The position numbers and the translations under genes were made by a program. A model generated the notes under the pieces. That model was not told the origin of the DNA. It saw only the letters and a list, made by a program, of their open reading frames with translations, and did not search any database. A stretch of 64,000 bases of DNA from NCBI RefSeq assembly GCF_004010195.1, contig NC_057719.1, forward strand, positions 65,689,702 through 65,753,701, read 5' to 3'. Position 1 is the stretch's first letter. Every line of letters begins with the position of its first letter. Shown piece after piece: positions 24,566-36,573 of this stretch. This stretch comes from Chiloscyllium plagiosum (taxonomy: Eukaryota).

Positions 24566-25004
24566 TTGGGGCTATTCTACCCAAATTATTTTATTTATTA
24601 CAGTTCCTGCTGCCTGTTATATACTATCCATTTGAGTCATGCTTTCTGCCTTGCATTTGAGGACAGACAGTAAAATTAATTATAGAATCAACTATCGTAC
24701 AAGAATTTTACTTGTACCTCTTTAATTAGCTAAATTCAATTGCTTGTGCTGTTAGATTCTTCTCAACTGTGAAGGAATAATCCTGGCATGCAGGTCATGA
24801 ACTGGTGTACAACTGGGGTATAAATATGGTGCTAGTGAGACAAATCCCTGAAGGTCTCAGCAGCAATAAGTATTTCAACTGATGGTGAGTACATTTTAGT
24901 GTGAGTTTGATGGATTGAGGCATGACATCATGAAGCATTTGCTAGAGAAACCCTCCATTAAACTCCTTGCTGAATTTTACTTCAATTCAGCCCGATGTAC
25001 TTAA

Positions 25005-25360
25005 AGTCATAGAGTCATAGAAATGTACAGCACAGGAACAGACCCTTTGGTCTAACTCGTCCACACCAACCAGATATCCCAACCAAATCTAGTCCCATTT
25101 CCCAGCACTTAGACCATATCCCTCTAACCATTTCCTATTCATATATCCATCCAGATGCCTTTTAAATGTTGTAATTGTACCAGCTTCCACCACTTCCTCT
25201 GGCAGCTCATTCCATACACACGCCACCCTCTGTGAGAAAAGGTTTCCCTTTAGGTCCCTTCTAAATCTTTCCCCTCTCACCTTAAACCTGTGTTCTCCAC
25301 TTCTGGTCTCCCCCAGGGAAAATACCTTATCTATTTATCCTATCCATGCCCCTCATGATT
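25005..25360 (-). mobile_element. CR1/HER1 LINE 3' fragment
   Basis: ORF 25089-25280 (FSQRVACVWNELPEEVVEAGTITTFKRHLD) plus tail. Confidence 0.9.
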
Positions 25361-25364
25361 TCAT

Positions 25365-25775
25365 TCAGTTGGCTGTGAATCTTTTGAGTTCTCTGCCACA
25401 GACAGAATTGTACTAACTGAGTATGTTACAGCATTTAAAAGGCACTTGTATGGGGATATGAATAGGAAGGGTTAAGAGGAATATGGGTCAAGTGCTGGCA
25501 AATAGGACTAGATTAGGTAAGGATATCTGATCAGCATGGACGAGTTGGACCGAAGGGTCTGTTTCCATGCTGTACATCTCTTTGACTCGATGACTCTATG
25601 TTGAAGACTGAGATTGTGAGATTATTATATAATTAATAATGATTAATATATAAAGAACATCAAAGAACACAAGCATAGTGCAGGAAAGTGCTGTTGAAGC
25701 AGATCAGTCACAATCCCATTGAATAGTGGAGCAGGGTGAAGAACTAAATGGTCTACTCCTCATATTACTAAAGTC
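25365..25775 (+). mobile_element. CR1 3' ends (younger 25420-25599 within an older copy)
   Basis: catttaaaaggcacttg...ggacgagttggaccgaagggtctgtttccatgctgtacatctc(tatgactc)n. Confidence 0.8.
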
Positions 25776-27039
25776 GTTTTGTTCATAAATAGTTAACATT
25801 TTTGGTTTATTGGACATTTCAACAATTTATTTCAGGATTGATTGTACCTTATAGATACTAGGACCGTTGGACAAATCTCCTCTATGCCATATGGTAAAGG
25901 CATTTTTACAGACTGAAAGATATAACTCGGGCCTCACAGAGGACTATAGAATGGCATACAGGAATAGTAACTGGTCTAAGTCAATAATGTAAAGGAAACA
26001 TTTTTGTCAGTCAAGTGCCAACTCCAGAAAAGCCCTAGCTTACTGTTTGTTGTGCAAATTTTAATCATGTCTCTGAGATACTCAGTAGAAGTTCTTGTCA
26101 AACACCTAGCTGAGATTGGTATTTATTACATTTCTTTGTGTGTGTAGTACTTTATCCATTTGATGTTTAAGTCGTGCTTTCTTCTTTACATTTGAGTGCA
26201 GACAGTAAAACTAATTATAGAATCAACTGTGGTGCAAGAGTTTTATTTTCATGTACATGTACATCTTTAATAACTAGATTCAACCCCTTGTGCTGTTAGA
26301 TATCATCAATTAGATAGTTACAGAGTCTCTCACTGCAAAGTCTATGGCACTACTTTTGTAAATTCCCTTCCAAGACTTTAAAACACAATTTTATACTAAC
26401 TTTAGTTCTTACTATCAAATAGATTCAAGTTGTAGCTATTGCAGGCTTATTAAATGATGCTGGAAAATTTAATACAGTAAGATATTTGTATGTTTTGTAT
26501 AATGTACTCTCAATGTCCTCAAAATTAACTTCATTTAAATATTTTGATGGAAACTAGAAGCAGAGAATTAAGTTGCAATTATACAGAGTAGGATTAGTCA
26601 AATGAATTCAGGTGAAAAAAGCAGGAGCTCGTATCCATTTACAATTTTAAAACCACAGGTTTCACTTTATTTTTCATTCTGAAATCTAATAATCTGTCGT
26701 CTTTTGATTATTCAGATTATGTAGTATTCCTTGTGAAAAGTTGTACACTTCTTACAACACAGTTCTTCCAATCACTGGAAGATGGTCAGAAATAGTCAAA
26801 AATAATTATCCTGCTGATTTTACTGCATTATTTGCAAGCTGCTTTATGTTTTCCCTCCTAGTGTATATGACAATGTTTTCTGTTATCTTGAATTACTTAA
26901 ATTTGATTAATTAAATGTAACAAAATATGAGATTTGTGTTAGAAACTAATAGTTTATGGTGTTGGCTTCGATAGGGGATGGAGCAAGTGAGGGCTGAGTA
27001 GCCATTGTACAAATCAAAATGGTATTGGCCACTATTCCA

Positions 27040-27355
27040 TGACTTCTAGTGACTGTAGGTTTAGTCATTGCTACAGTCTCTGCCATCTACAAGGACAAGG
27101 GCAGCTACATGGAAGCACCACCTGAAAGTTCTCCTCCAAACTGCACACCATCCTGATGTGGAACCGTAACAATATTTCCTCATTGTTACTAGGTCAGTAT
27201 CCTGGAACGGCCCTTCCTTACCGCACTGTGAGCCTAGCTACATCACATGGACTGCTGTGTATCAAGAAAGCAACTTAACACTCCCTTCTCAAAGGTAATT
27301 AAGGATGATCAATAAATGCTGGCTCAGCCAGTGATGTCTAAGTTTCATGAATGAA
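27040..27355 (+). mobile_element. Old LINE 3' end (same family as 17.4-17.6 kb)
   Basis: ggacaagggcagc...cacaccatcctga...cagtatcctggaac...caataaatgctggc..gccagtgatg..atgaatgaat. Confidence 0.65.
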
Positions 27356-29864
27356 TCGTGATCATAACAATAATCAAAGGAAGCTTATATTCTTTTATTT
27401 TAATTGTTTTCGAGGTCACTTATAGTCTTTATTTCAAACTCTGTTATACTATTGTTACACTGAGAACTGATAGATTTATTTTGATCACAGAAGTATGCAA
27501 CACCTTCTCTGAATACCAAATAGTGTCTAACTAACCAGGAAAATGCAATCTCTATGATGTCGACATGATTAAATTCTCTTTAAGCTTGGAATCAAGTTTT
27601 TTGTCCAGCATGTTAAGTTAGTTGATTACTAGGCAAAGCCTTGGTAATGCAGGGATACTTTTCGGATGGGAGACGGGCGGTGTGAGAAAAAGCTTTTCTG
27701 TTAATGTTTTTGGCTACGCAAGCCGTAGTTGCTGAAATGCAATTAAGGAATTTGTGAGGAGCACTAGCAAAATATTATCTTCATAAATTAAAAGTCTTGT
27801 GGAAAAAAACTATGGCTGGCTGTTTAAAAATTTTCTAACCACACTACACTTTACTTCTCAGCCTAAATAGCAGAGTGAAAAGCATTAAGCAGAACGATGC
27901 TGTTTCCCTGAAGTGGGCATGTTTACAACTGGCAGTTCCTGGTGCCGCTAAGCACCAAGTAGCTGGTGAGCTGCAAGTAGCTGGTGAGTTAGCAGAGATT
28001 CGAAAGATGCCCAGATACCCATTTATAATTGACCATCACAGCAGCAGCGATGTTGTTGGCTTAACAGGCCGAAGATCTGGGCATAGGTTACTCAAAGAAA
28101 AGTCACATTTAAAACTACAAGAGTATTGAAGATTTTGGATTATTTTGCAATCTATTCAAGTGAATTATGTGGGTATTGCTTCCAGCAGGTTATTTTATCT
28201 GATGCAATAATGCTTATATTACTCCATTGTTATACAAGGTTTCAACACATGACTGGGCCAAAGATCATGAAGCAGGGATTCTTTATTCCACTGGCATCAA
28301 GTCATTACAAGCATGAAAATAAATTATGCTCAATCTAGTAAATAATTACAATGTTTGCATGTCTATAGTTTACATTGGGTTGAGGAATAATTTGCCTGAT
28401 TGCCCTTTCTTCTACAAAGCTTCCTTCCCCAAAGATACCTCTTTTTTCCCCCAGGGATGGTCTGTTGGACTGCTTCAGCATCACTTACTGCTGGAGGTTC
28501 GATTACACACTCCCCTGCTTGAAACCTGCCGCCCAGCAACTGCACATAGCACACAGTAGCCACATAAAAAACACGATTAGCAGTTTCAATTGCACCACGA
28601 TAGCTGGAATGTTCGAAACTATGTTAGTGGTAGCTGTTTCTTCTTGCATCATCAAACTGAGCAAACAGTAAAAGTTGTGGTGATATCCAGCATTTGTTTG
28701 AAAACATCGTTTCAGTCTCTTACTGGTCCCTTCCTAGGGATCCAAGCTCTGTGGTGGATCAATCACTTTGAGGTCCAGGTTGTCAGGTCTCCAGGAGTTA
28801 TAAGCTTGAAAGCACTTGCTGCTTTGTTAGCTCCCTCCCCAAATGATCTCCAATGCACCATTGTCCAGAGTGGAAATGAGCCCGTCCACACATGATACAC
28901 TCTCTGGATTCACAACCCAGAATCTTCTCCAGGATTCCACCTTGTTATCCAAATGTATTTCACTCCAGGCATCATGCACCAAAATTTCAGGTTCTGCGAC
29001 AGTGCTGAGTGAGTTACTGGCCACCACAACATCCACCATTTTTCTGGCCTTGAGCGACTCCATCCTGTTAACTATTTTCCAAGGGCTGACCTCAGCTATT
29101 AGTTCAACAAAATAGCAGTGACTACCTATTTCCAGCTTCTCTATGATGTTTTGGAGTTCGGGGTCCTACACATCCTGCATGTTATTTCAGCCCCAATTTT
29201 GGATGAGCACCTTTGTGCCATCAGGATGATCTGTCCAGTTAGTCTTGCGATCATTCAGTGTTATTCTTCTTAGCGCTTTTATCTCAGTCCTCTTCAACAC
29301 CATCTCATGCTATGACTTGATGCCTGTTCTATAAAATCTTGCTTAACACACCATAAATTAACATAAAATTTGAATATTTGGAGAGTCAAAGACCATGAAG
29401 CAGCAGCTGTTTATTCCACTGGGATCAGATCATTACAAGCGTGTTGGAAAATTAAGGTTAAAAAATGGAGCGTTTACATAAAATGGAGCTATTAGTTTAC
29501 ACTGGGATGAGGAAACTCTTATCCCTCTGCTCCTTCTTCCTTTGAGGCCTGCTTGCCCAAAGACACTCAGTTTTCCAGAGTGGGTCCATTTGACCATTCC
29601 AGTTGCCCTCCTTCACTATTGCCACCTGCTGCTGGAGGTTACAGCATTACAACTTAAGCTCCTTTGCTTATTGCTTTTCCTCACCATCACCACCTGCCTC
29701 TGGAGGTTCTGTTACTCAGGAACTTAAGGAATTGTGCACATATATCATGGTACTGAAGAATCTAACAGACATTTCTTACAGCTCGGTGCTATATCCAAAC
29801 ATTACATTCACAGGCACCTAAATGTTTGGGTGAGTATAAAGGTAATGGATTACAGTAGACAGCA

Positions 29865-30340
29865 TAGGAGAAAGTGAGGACTGCAGATGCTGGAGATCAG
29901 AGTTGAAAAATGTGGTGCTGGCAAAACACAGCAGGCCAGGCAGCATCCAAGGAGCAGGAGAATCGACGTTTCGGGCATAAGCCCTTCTTCAGGAATGAGG
30001 CTGGTGTGCCTGAGGCGCTCTTCCTCCAGGCGTTGTGTGGTCAGGGTCTGGCAATGGAGGAGGCCAAGGACCTGCATGTCCTTGGCGGAGTGGGAGGGGG
30101 AGTTAAAGTGTTCAGCCACGGGCAGTTGGGTTGATTGGTGCGGGTGTCCCAGAGGTGTTCCCAGAAGTGTTCCGCAAGTAGGCGGCCTGTCTCCCTAATG
30201 TAGAGGAGACCACATTGGGTGCAGCCCGCTTGGCACATCAGCCTCATTCCTGAAGAAGGGCTAATGCCCGAAATGTCGATTCTCCTGCTCCTCGGATGCT
30301 GCCTGGCCTGCTGTGTTTTTCCAGCACCACATTTTTCAAC
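29865..30340. mobile_element. PLE family A insertion: inverted terminal repeats around a GIY-YIG fragment
   Basis: CTQCGLLYIRETGR and AEHFNSPSHS...RLEEE on the - strand. TSD taca(g/a)tagacagca at 29851-29864 and 30341-30354. Confidence 0.9.
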
Positions 30341-31386
30341 TACAATAGACAGCAGCATGCTTACAGTAATGTGAAGCCTCAATTGATTCCTGTTGAGGTG
30401 GAGTTTGAGATCTTCATACCTTATGGTTACATGCTTTGATACTGTGATGTTATCATGAGTATGTCTCTTAGAAGTACACTGGCATACTGACTGAGAAATA
30501 AAACACAATTGAAGCCGATGTTGAGTAGAGCTCCTTTTACATCTTTGCACTTAGTAGCCATTTCCATTGCAAACTGCAAGCTGTGTGCAGTTCAAATCTT
30601 CCTCAGCACCATCTGAGCAATGCAACTAAAAAAATACTGCTGGTGATATCGCTCAATTGCCATTACTTTTTCTGAAATTTCTCGTCCTTTTCAACCGACT
30701 GTTCTTGCCCAGCTATTACTGAATTGCATCCTTTATCAATTTAGTTGGCCTGTACTATTTTTACTTAAGTGAGATTTGAATTCAATCCTCCCAACACAAT
30801 CTGGAGTCCATTAACAGAAAATGTACTTAATGATTTTACAACACTGAATTAATTTTCTCACCAAAACTTATTCAGTTCCCTATTAAGTTTGCTGATGTTA
30901 AAATCTTGGTTGCTGCATCTTTCTGGAACAATCCCAAATATTCAGCACCCTTTCTATGAAATAGCTATAGACATTCTGTTCATTTGTCTTAACATGAAGT
31001 TGTTCCCATGCTTTTCCTTGTTGTGGTTATGGGAAATCATGTTTCGGGTTTAGTTTATTGATTTCCTTAAAGTTCTTTGAATAAGTCAATAATATGTTCT
31101 TTCAGTCTTCTTTAATGCAATCAAAATCAGTTTCTTTCTTTCATAATGATATCTGGCATTTGATGCATGAGCTAAAGACATCTGACCCATAAGTGTATTT
31201 TTTCCTTTCTGTAAAATGTTGACCAGGCTTACACCCACAATAGACCTGAGCTGAACCTTATAAAGATTCCAAAGCGCCATTGTCTATTGGCTCTAATGTA
31301 TCACTTATGGACGTATGAACAATTCAGCAAAAATATGTAGTCTAGAATCTTGCCGTGTGAATCTTATTCAAGCCTATTATTATTTT

Positions 31387-31558
31387 CGATGAGTGTACTG
31401 CTGGAAAAGCATTGCAGGTCAGGCAGCATCTGAGGAGCAGGAGAGTCGATGTTTTGGTCATAAGCCCTTCATCAGGATGCTGCCTGACCTGCTGTGCTTT
31501 TCCAGTGCCACAATTATCAGCTCTGACTCTCCAGCATCTGCAGTCTTCACTTTCTCCC
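31387..31558. mobile_element. Palindromic PLE terminal insertion
   Basis: Inverted arms plus tail. TSD attattatttt at 31376-31386 and 31559-31569. Confidence 0.85.
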
Positions 31559-33259
31559 ATTATTATTTTGAATATTCAATATAGAACCAGTGCCATATTT
31601 ACCGAAATGTATCTAAGATGCCAGAAATACTTGTGTCAGCTTCGACATACAGTAAGTTCAATGGGTCAAATTTTCTGAAGAGTGGCAATCTCACACAAAT
31701 TTTATGTGAAATAAGAGAGTTCCACATTTCTAAGAGAAACCTCCCTCACAACTGCAGAACCATATTACCATTCTGACAGTTTTTTTGTAGCACAGAACTG
31801 TCAGAGAAGGGAAAAAAACCATGCCCCCTTTTCACAGCATGGGTCAGCTGCTGAAAGAGCCTACCTTTGGACAGAGTATTCATAAATGAATGAATGAATG
31901 AATGAGTGTGGTCCTGAAATTGAAATTGCATTTTCAATTTAACTGAAATGTTAAAAACCTAAATACCTTGGTATGTTATTTTGTTTAAGCAAGCTGTTAA
32001 AATAGGTTAGTTGCTTATGCAGTGTTTGACAGGCAGTAAAAGACATTATTGTGGGACATATGCAAAAAAAAAGGCATTTCTACTAAATGTGTTTTTCCAA
32101 AATAAACAGGAAAAGGAGTTTAGATATTGGTCTGTGATTATTGCAGGTGCTTCACAAGTTCTTTGAGATTCTGATGTATGCTTCATTTGATTCCTGCTGA
32201 AATCTATTAATGTACAGTAAATCCCTTAGAATTATGAAATATTCAGAATGAGTGTGGTACACTTTCATTCCACCTTCACACATTCCAAAGCGTGCAACAT
32301 GCATATTAAATAATGTCAGGAAAATAAATCAGTTACCACAAGCCTGTGTTTTCTCATTGAGTGTTTCAAACACCAGCTCTCAAAGGCTTGTGTGACTTTG
32401 ATGGATGTATAGATATGTGTTATTTTAATGCTGCTGTTGATGTGGAGGAACTGAGGTTACAATAACTTTAAAGTGCAAAATGTCCCAGCTGTGTCACTCG
32501 ATCATCCGCTGACGTGGTATGTGTTCTGCTAAGTTTCAATCTACATTGCATGTATTCAGTACTAATGAAAGTCGGTGCTCTGCAATATAAATACAGGAGC
32601 AGCCCCAGGGTGTTTTCTTACTTGTACCAAAGGCATTTACAGTTGCCAAAGCCACCCTTCTAATTGGCAAAAATACTGCAAAGTGTGGAGGAAAAAGCAA
32701 CAGGAAGATGTTTAAATAATCATAAAAAACATATGCCAAAATACTGCATCTAATCAAAACCTAATTAGAAAATGTGGCTTCCAAGCATCCCTCTTTCCAA
32801 TTACCTGCAAAACATCTTAGATCTGCTGCTTAAAGTATTTGCTCAGATTAACAGATTTAAAACAGAATCAGAAGTTGATTTTAGAACATTCAAGTGAAAG
32901 CCGTAGTGCTACCTTTGAAGTTTAAGTTGGCGACGAAAATTCATCACACAAATGTGGCCCTGTTCATACCAAAAAGGCAATGGTCTTTAGTTGGAATTAC
33001 ATTGGTTGAAACTGCCTCGGATAAGTGTATTGTGTGACCAATTCAGGAAGCGCAGCCTCCACAATGGAAAATCTGCCAGTAAGAGGCATGAGTCCCAGTA
33101 AAAACAAAAAAACTGATTTTTTTTCCTTTCTCTTTAAAGTACATTTATAACATTAAAAATATCCTGACAGGGAGATGGTCCTGATCACTGACACAGTTGG
33201 CCAAACATCGCTCGCAAGTAATCATGGGGATGGCTGAATTGCAACTGTAAGCTCACACG

Positions 33260-34190
33260 TTCATAAGATCTTGGAGCAGAATTAGGCCATTCAGCCCATT
33301 GAGTCTGCTCTGCCATTCAATCATGGCTGATATGCTTCTCACCCCTAATTTCCTTCCCTCTCTCCATATCCCTTCAACCCATTACCAATTAAAAATTTGT
33401 CTAGTTCCTCCTTAAATTTACTCTCTGTCCACTACACTTTGGGATAGCAAATACCACGAATTCACAACCCTTTGGGAGAAGTAGTTTCTCTTCACCTCTG
33501 TTTTAAATTGCTACCCCTTATCCTAAGACTATGACCTCTCATCCTAGAATGCTCCAAAAGAGGAAGCACCTGCTCCATGTCTATTTTATCCATAAGTCTT
33601 ATTGTCTTGAATACCTCAATTTAATCTCCCCTCATTCTTCTAAATTCCAAAGAATATAGGCTTAAACTCTTCAGTCTTTCTTCATACAACAACCTCCTTA
33701 TCTCTGGGATCAATCTAGTGAACGTCCTCTGAACTGTCTCCAATGCCATTATATCTTTCCTCAAATGAGGGGACCAAAACTGGACAAAGTACCCCAGGTG
33801 TGGTCTCACCAATACTTTGTATAGTTACAGCAATACTTCCTTACCTTTATATTCTATTCCTTTAACTATAAAAACCAACATTCCATTTAACCACTAAAAA
33901 AACCACTTTCTTTATTATCTGCTGTACCCGCATGCTAGTTTTCTGTGACTCATGAACTAGGACGCCCTGATCCCTCTGCACCGGAGCACTCTGAAGTCTC
34001 TCTCCATTCAGATAATAGGTGCCTTCCCATTTTTTTGACCAAAACGCAAGACCTCACACTTATCCATCTCCATCCGCCACATTTAGGCCACATTCCTAAC
34101 CAACTATATCTATTTATAAGGTTCTTACTTCCTCATAGCAATTTACCATCTTGCCTATTTTTGTGTCGTCGGCAAGTTTGGCTATAGGTA
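33260..34190 (-). mobile_element. CR1 LINE 3' fragment
   Basis: ORF 33621-33812 (LVRPHL..VQFWSPHLRKDI.ALE.VQR.FTRLIP...RRMRGD). A KLADD motif lies near 34165-34180. Confidence 0.9.
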
Positions 34191-35479
34191 GCTCATATAG
34201 AAGTTATAGTTTTCTGCTAAATGATGAATGATGCCCTCTCACTTTGCTATTCTAGTTTTCCTATTGATAATTTTTACAGGAGCAATTTTATTTTTCAAGT
34301 AACTGTAGATCTTTTTGGATGAAAGCCCTCAATCTCATGATCTTATTGAATGAGGGGGAAGGCTCATGCGGTTGAATGGTCTACTCCAGCTCCTAATTCT
34401 TGCCTTGCGTGTTCTTGGCTGATTACACCATGGAACAGGCATACATTCACACTTTTCTTTTTTCCACTCAAATCATAGGGACTTCCAGTAACCTTGCAAT
34501 TGTTCCTAATTTTTTGTTTCTCAAAGAATGCTTACGTCTGCCGTCAATTGTGTTAAACTGCAGATGAGGTTTAAATATCCTATTCTTCCCTGACAACATT
34601 ACTGGCTTTTGTACAGAGGTGTTTATTGTTGGCTGAAATGGAATATTCTTGGAACAATGCAAGTTTGTTTTTAGCTTTGTGTTAAAGCATTAAGATCTGT
34701 AAAAAATATTCAGCTTTATTGCACACTAAAATATTGGCATCAGAAATCCATAGTAAGTATTCTCATTAACACCAGTTTAGTTACAGCTGGATCATGCCTA
34801 TTTATCACAATGTCACGAGTTACATATTTGACACATTTATTTTCCTAAAAACCAGATGCTTTTCAAAAATCCGCTAAGTATTACAAGAAAAAGTCCTTAC
34901 ATTACTGCAGCTATCTAAAATCGCAGCATGTTTTGGTATTATTTTAAGGGTGGTTGATCTGGAATTGCAATTAGTGGAATAAAATGAGGAGGCTTCATTC
35001 CGGATTCTCGGTGAAATATAAGTTTTCATACAACAGCTCAATCCCAGCATGAATATTGTTTGAAAGTTACTTGACACAGGATGTTAAATAGCTGTAAATT
35101 TAGAACAAGAATTTCCTGGCTGTACAATCACTGATCTGTGTTGGTTTACACTGTCTGGATGTGTGGGATGGTCTTGGAGAGCTGCAGGAGACCTGAACAC
35201 TCAGGGCACACATTAACATCTCAGCTCCTTCCCAAAACCTACCAATGCAAAGCAAACCCTGTTCGAGTCTGCCAACTCTCTGACAGAGTTCACCTTCATA
35301 CCAGTTTCCTTTTACAATAATGACAAAGGAAAGAAACCAGACTCACAACAATTTACCTTTGAACCTTTGCTCTGTCTGTGCACTTATATTTATACAGCAT
35401 TGTAGTGTGCTTTTGTTTTGAAACAATACTGTAGCTGCCATACTAGAGCAAAGAGGAAAGATTCTTAATCCATACTTTG

Positions 35480-35765
35480 AGCACGTTGTCTAGCACTGCA
35501 ATGCAGCACTGAGCAGCTGCTGTCTTTTAGATGAGATATTAAACTGAGAGTCTGTGAGGTCCAAGTGGGCATGAAAAATTCCAGGATTACATTTTGAAGA
35601 AAAATAAGTCACCAGTGTCCTGGCCAATTTTAATCTCACAACTATCATGTTATTGTCTGTGGAGGCAGTCCATATTCAATTTGGCTAGCAAGTTCCACAA
35701 ATTTCAAAAGAATATAAGCATTTTGGCCGCTGTGTGAGGTGAGGTATAAATGTCTGTTTCTATTT
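35480..35765 (+). mobile_element. Deu-domain SINE relic
   Basis: ctgctgtcttttagatgagatattaaactgag...tttgaaga...gtgtcctggccaat; reverse-complement similarity to 1550-1910. Confidence 0.55.
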
Positions 35766-36573
35766 CTCTTTTGTGATTGCAAAACTGCCATCATGCTTTG
35801 ACGGCAATATCCAATCCATTCAGTTCCTTATAAGACAGCACATCTTAATCATAAAGGTTGGGATCCCTACCAGTAATTCAAAATAGACCCTGCATTGCCA
35901 CCAAAGACTGCAGACTTCCTGAAAAATCTGGGAACTCACTACAACATCTCCAAAAATACTCCTTGATATTTCCTGAGAGTTTACAGTAGCAAAGGTAAGT
36001 ATAAATCAACTTATTGCAAGTTGGATGTTTGGCCCCATTAAATAATGCTGCAGATGAGTAATCTTACAAGTTTACATTGAATGGATCCTTCTGGACCAAG
36101 CTGTAAATCATTTGTCAAATCAATTGGTGGTTTTGCAAATTGTTTGTTGTGTTTTGAGAATGTATGTTTTGGGTAAAATAGTAAATGAATGGGATCCTGT
36201 CTACTTTAAATCCTGTTTGATCTTGAGCATGCTTGGCTTGGTTGTTATGGAGCCAATGAGAGCAAGATTGATTTACTGGGAAAGAGATGCAAGAGACTTT
36301 CACCTTTGGACAATAGCAAGTGGTGTCTTGATTACTCTGGGTAGACTGTTAATCCCCAAATCTAAAAGCTAAGTGTTTGGAATACCTGGTTTTGTAAACA
36401 GCAAATTGTTTATTTAACCTCTAGGTCTATATGATAGCTAATTAGCATCTCTACCTGTATACAAGGCCTATGTGATTCATATTGTTATAGGGATGGTCCT
36501 TGAGAGGGCAAAAATCCACCCATTATAGCATTAGATTACTAGGTTTTTCTTACAATATCCCTTAAACCTCATA

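Noticed and set aside
28827..29110. pogo/Tigger DDE transposase assignment (QPL-like and AW.EI motifs)
   Set aside because: Needs assumed frameshifts and no catalytic motif is clear. Left as unidentified.
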